DNA of 64,000 bases from a virus (Duplodnaviria; Caudoviricetes), in IMG/VR virus record IMGVR_UViG_2834368228_000004, positions 32,001-96,000 of that record; one strand, given 5' to 3'. The position numbers and the translations under genes were made by a program. A model generated the notes under the pieces. The model was not told the DNA's origin. It saw only the letters and a program-made list of their open reading frames with translations, and did not search any database. Each line of letters starts with the position of its first letter. The stretch's first letter is position 1. Positions 60,672 through 64,000 of the stretch are shown here, in pieces.

Positions 60672-61480
60672 ATATCGGCTTGGCGATGATAGCTATGCGT
60701 GAGTATAGTAAAGGTGGTTTGACAAACTGCCGCTACATATGTAGTCAATCCAAGCACTACGACTTTCCAGGTCTTCATGTAACCAATGGAGATAGCTTTT
60801 GAAATCAAAGGAGAGTTCCTTGCGAGGGCAACGCTGTAGCGAGGTGGCATTAGGTGGCACTGATGCGCTCCACGCCAATTTGATTAAAAAGTGAGAAAGA
60901 ATCGGAAGGCTATCAGTTTGAGGTTTGACAACCAAAGGCGTTAGTCAATGTCTAAAGAGACCTGTCAACTACATATAAGATTGGCACAGTACCTTTAGGG
61001 ATCGTTCGAGTAACTAGTCGGTGAAAGAACAGGGTGGTGTGTGGTATTTTGTTCTCCAAAAGGGAATGAAGCCACTGGAACAGCACATCATCAGTTGAAA
61101 GGATAAATAATAAATTATAGTTTCTTATTTGGGAATAAGAGTCCAATACAACATATTACATTACAGTGAAAGCCTGTTCCACGAAATAACGAAAGCGACT
61201 TAATCCTTCACTCCATGAGAATGAAGGGGCTGATGAGTCTCGCAAGGCTCAAAAGCTTTTGTTCCGATTTGCAAGGTTCTCTTAGCGGAGATTTGTAGCG
61301 TGGCAACGTTGACTGAATTTGAAGAGCAGAGTAGTTATTTCGATGTGTCATATTATGCTAGACACATTAAACTAAAGCAGTCGTGGTCATTACTTGAGCG
61401 CTTATAGGTTCAAGTGGACACGTGAGGAATACATAATCTCACTAAAGATGACTAAGAAAGAGTTTAGTCTCAGCTCTTTC
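60672..61480 (+). ncRNA. large ornate ncRNA of about 800 nt, GOLLD-like
   Basis: No credible ORF, GC above background, many hairpins, directly follows tRNAs in a phage-like element. Confidence 0.6.
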
Positions 61481-61659
61481 ATTACATACTATTTTTCTCG
61501 GAAGGAGTTAAGGTTTTTCCTCCAGTTTTTCCTTAACACCTTCCGAGAGGGATAGTAAGTGCACTTCCTGTTCATATATAAACCACCTTTCCGTTAATTA
61601 AGTTTTAAATCACTTACTATCTCTTAATTAGGATTGTAAAATTCCTTCCAAAAATGGGG

Positions 61660-61697
61660 AGCAGCTTTTAGCCATGTAGCTGTTCTTCATTTTTTTT
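61660..61697 (+). terminator. intrinsic terminator of the RNA operon
   Basis: GCAGCT..AGCTGT hairpin followed by a T-tract. Confidence 0.55.
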
Positions 61698-61717
61698 GTT
61701 TTTAATAGAGAAAAGAC

Positions 61718-61806
61718 TTGCCTTTTATGGCATATATAGGTAAAATGACATTAAGTTAAAAATGTTAACAAATTAAACATACTAAACATAATAAACATTT
61801 TAAACA
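61718..61806 (+). promoter_or_regulatory. sigA promoter (TTGCCT-17-TAAAAT) followed by parC-like iterons with 9-bp period
   Basis: TAAACA-like units at 61756, 61765, 61774, 61783, 61792, 61801. Confidence 0.7.
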
Positions 61807-61826
61807 AATGAAGGGTGGAAGGAAAA

Positions 61827-62984
61827 ATGGCAAACGAAAAGAAGCAGATGCATCTAGTGGCAGTCGATGTAGGTTTTGGGGGATTAAAGTACATGTCAAA
61901 CAGCAAGCCAGAGCCACAGGTTATACCAAGTGGAGTTGTTACTGGTGTACCAGCAAGTAGACCATTACTATCATCAAGTGATATTAATATTAATGAGTTA
62001 GTAGTCCAAACAGAAGAAGGCACATACTTTGTTGGAGAGAATGCGTTAGGTATGCCAGTAGAAGAGAATGTTAGTGTGCGTACAGAAAAGCGTAATCGTG
62101 CTCATGATGTAAAAAGCCGAGTTTTATTCCACACTGGAATTGGTTTAAGCTTACCTGATATAGATGGAAAATATGAAGTTACAATTGTGACTGGTCTTCC
62201 AAACAGTGACTACGACAAAAGCATTCATGATGATTTACGAGCTTTCTTAGAAAAAGATTTTACAGTAGAGTTTTACTTGGATAGAGAAAATAGTATAAAA
62301 AAAGAGGTAAAAGTAGCTAAAGTAATTATCTTGCGTCAGCCAGAGGGAACAGTTACGTATAATCAATTTAGATTTGATCCTGAATCGTTCATTGTGCCGT
62401 CTAACAGTCGTGCTGATTATCTTGGAGTAATTGATTTCGGACATGTTTCTACTGACTATGCGCTATTTAGAAATGGAGTAGTAATAGAAGACCCAACCAA
62501 AAACAAGTCAACTATCGGTGTAACAGAAGTGTATAAACGTCTTCGTCAAGCTGTAGAATTGAAGTTCAGTGACATGGGCTATATGTTCCACCCTTCAGAT
62601 CAAGATCTTGATTATGCGATTCAAACAAACCATATCCGTTATCGCAATCAAGACTTTGATATATCAGATGAAATTGAAATGGTTGTTAGGGATCGTGCAA
62701 GACCTATTACTGATTCAATTACTACTGCCTGGGGCAATGAAGCGAACCGTCTTCAATTGATTATTGCGACTGGTGGAGGAGCTCATGTTTATGCTCAAGA
62801 AGTAAGAAGGAATTTTGAGTCAGAGAATATCCAAGGATTCATTATTATGGAAAATTCTAGGTTCACAAATCTCTTAGGATTCTACATGTATGGAGCATTG
62901 GAGCTATCAGATACTTATGGTACTGAAAAAGTAATGGAGCTATATGTGAATCCGGTTAAGGAGTTGCATGAGCATGTCGCATAG
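61827..62984 (+). CDS. ParM/StbA-family actin-like partition ATPase
   Basis: VAVDVGFGGLK, VTGLP, QPEG, IDFGHVSTD, TGGGA. Confidence 0.9.
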   Translation: MANEKKQMHLVAVDVGFGGLKYMSNSKPEPQVIPSGVVTGVPASRPLLSSSDININELVVQTEEGTYFVGENALGMPVEENVSVRTEKRNRAHDVKSRVLFHTGIGLSLPDIDGKYEVTIVTGLPNSDYDKSIHDDLRAFLEKDFTVEFYLDRENSIKKEVKVAKVIILRQPEGTVTYNQFRFDPESFIVPSNSRADYLGVIDFGHVSTDYALFRNGVVIEDPTKNKSTIGVTEVYKRLRQAVELKFSDMGYMFHPSDQDLDYAIQTNHIRYRNQDFDISDEIEMVVRDRARPITDSITTAWGNEANRLQLIIATGGGAHVYAQEVRRNFESENIQGFIIMENSRFTNLLGFYMYGALELSDTYGTEKVMELYVNPVKELHEHVA

Positions 62985-63159
62985 TGATAAGCAAATGCTT
63001 GTAGCTCGAATCAGAAAAGACGATCATATTTTGAGAGATTACTTTAATGATATAAAACAGAGTGATCGAGCATACGAAGTCAGAAGATTGCTTGAAAAAG
63101 CTATCATCATAGAACAAAAAGAAAAAGAAGAAATACGAAAATTAAAAGAGGAACAGTAA
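62968..63159 (+). CDS. ParR-like small DNA-binding adaptor
   Basis: 63-aa RHH-like ORF overlapping the end of parM. Confidence 0.65.
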   Translation: MSMSHSDKQMLVARIRKDDHILRDYFNDIKQSDRAYEVRRLLEKAIIIEQKEKEEIRKLKEEQ

Positions 63160-63228
63160 CTCCATCTCATTTGAAGAGTTATTTCAAGCAATTTAGAGCA
63201 ATTCTATCATTTGAATATAAGCATGCCA

Positions 63229-63262
63229 AGGCAGAGTACAAGAGATGTATTCTGCCTTTTTT
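63229..63262 (+). terminator. intrinsic terminator
   Basis: AGGCAGAGTACA..TGTATTCTGCCT followed by a T-tract. Confidence 0.8.
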
Positions 63263-63403
63263 GCGTGGATTTAGCGACGTTTATTAATATGTTAGGACGT
63301 TGTAGAATTAAGATACGGGCCTACTGCACCGCCTCATACAGGACCATTGGTTTAGGGGGATCGAGTGAGTAGAGCCTTTTTTTGATATAGGGAGGTGCAA
63401 ATC

Positions 63404-64000
63404 ATGGGAAAGACTGGCCCGAAAACAGAAGCTGGATTAGCAACGGTTTCAGCAAATTCAAGAGAGCTTGACCACTCTGCATGGACAAAAAATCCAGAAG
63501 CTGTAGAAGCAATAGAAACAGCAAAGCGATTAAGAAATACAAAGCACGGAATGTATGCTGCAGTGCCAATTATCTGTAAAGCAGATGGTTGTCCATATGC
63601 TCAGTCATGTCCGTTACTAGAAATGGCACAAGCACCATATGGTGAAAAGTGTCCAATAGAAATAGCAGCTATTGAAGATTTGTTTGGCAGATATGCAGAA
63701 CACTTTGATATTAATTTAGATAATAAAAAAGCTGGAGATACAGTTGATTTGATGATGGTAAAAGATCTGGTTGATGCTGATATAGGAATACTGCGATGCG
63801 ATAGTAAGATGGCTTGGGACGCTGACTATATCATACACAACACAGTTGGGGTAACTGATAACGGTGATCCAATTACAAAACAGGAGCTTCATCCTTTAAC
63901 AGATTATCGAGAGAAATTAGTTAACCGCAAACATAAAACCTTCCAACTGTTGAACTCCACACGTAAAGACAAAGTAGGATCAAAAATAACGGTATCTGCT
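63404..64000 (+). CDS. putative terminase small subunit-like protein, truncated by the window edge
   Basis: GGAGG RBS; MGKTGPKTEAG...TKHGMYA, Cys cluster, QELHP. Confidence 0.5.
   Translation, partial: MGKTGPKTEAGLATVSANSRELDHSAWTKNPEAVEAIETAKRLRNTKHGMYAAVPIICKADGCPYAQSCPLLEMAQAPYGEKCPIEIAAIEDLFGRYAEHFDINLDNKKAGDTVDLMMVKDLVDADIGILRCDSKMAWDADYIIHNTVGVTDNGDPITKQELHPLTDYREKLVNRKHKTFQLLNSTRKDKVGSKITVSA

Noticed and set aside
60527-61146. ORFs 60527..60802, 60635..60850, 60693..60935 and 60952..61146
   Set aside because: They overlap tRNAs and the structured RNA and have no RBS or protein-like features
61225-61260. CTGATGA followed by a hairpin, resembling a hammerhead core
   Set aside because: The hairpin is followed by CAAAA rather than CGAAA and I could not build stems I and III; probably part of the large ncRNA

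Overview
Low-GC segment of a very large Bacillales phage or phage-plasmid; no host housekeeping operons are present. Positions 1-57100 are transcribed almost entirely leftward. They hold replication and recombination genes (SF2 helicases, DnaG, PcrA, RecA, SSB, a Sak-like annealer, Gam, a resolvase-like nuclease, RadC, RNase H), nucleotide metabolism (intein-containing ThyX, NrdG-like radical SAM), a Ycf46/DUF1257/DUF2997 AAA module, a PRTRC-type E1/E2/ubiquitin-like operon and many small accessory genes. The arm also carries a 1178-aa YonO/eukaryotic-RdRP-fold single-subunit RNA polymerase. After about 57200 transcription runs rightward: small genes, a tRNA cluster, an ~800-nt ornate ncRNA, a ParMRC-type partition locus and the start of a probable small terminase. 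The non-coding DNA is the most interesting part. (1) Seven strand-biased GCC-GNNA-GGC mini-hairpins lie on the template strand; six are about 30-60 nt upstream of leftward start codons. They are candidate promoters for the element's own RNA polymerase. (2) A regulon of more than 10 TGTAATGCATTACA palindromes. (3) A group I intron splitting dnaG at the TOPRIM DxD motif. (4) A type II hammerhead ribozyme with a U3-A8 core variant, plus mini-pseudoknots, in the polymerase operon. (5) Two aberrant tRNA-like RNAs. (6) Helically phased 17-bp repeats beside a TubY/RacA-like gene. (7) Hairpins with anti-Shine-Dalgarno loops, one matching the RBS of two genes in this window. All family assignments come from motif recognition by eye; no searches were run.
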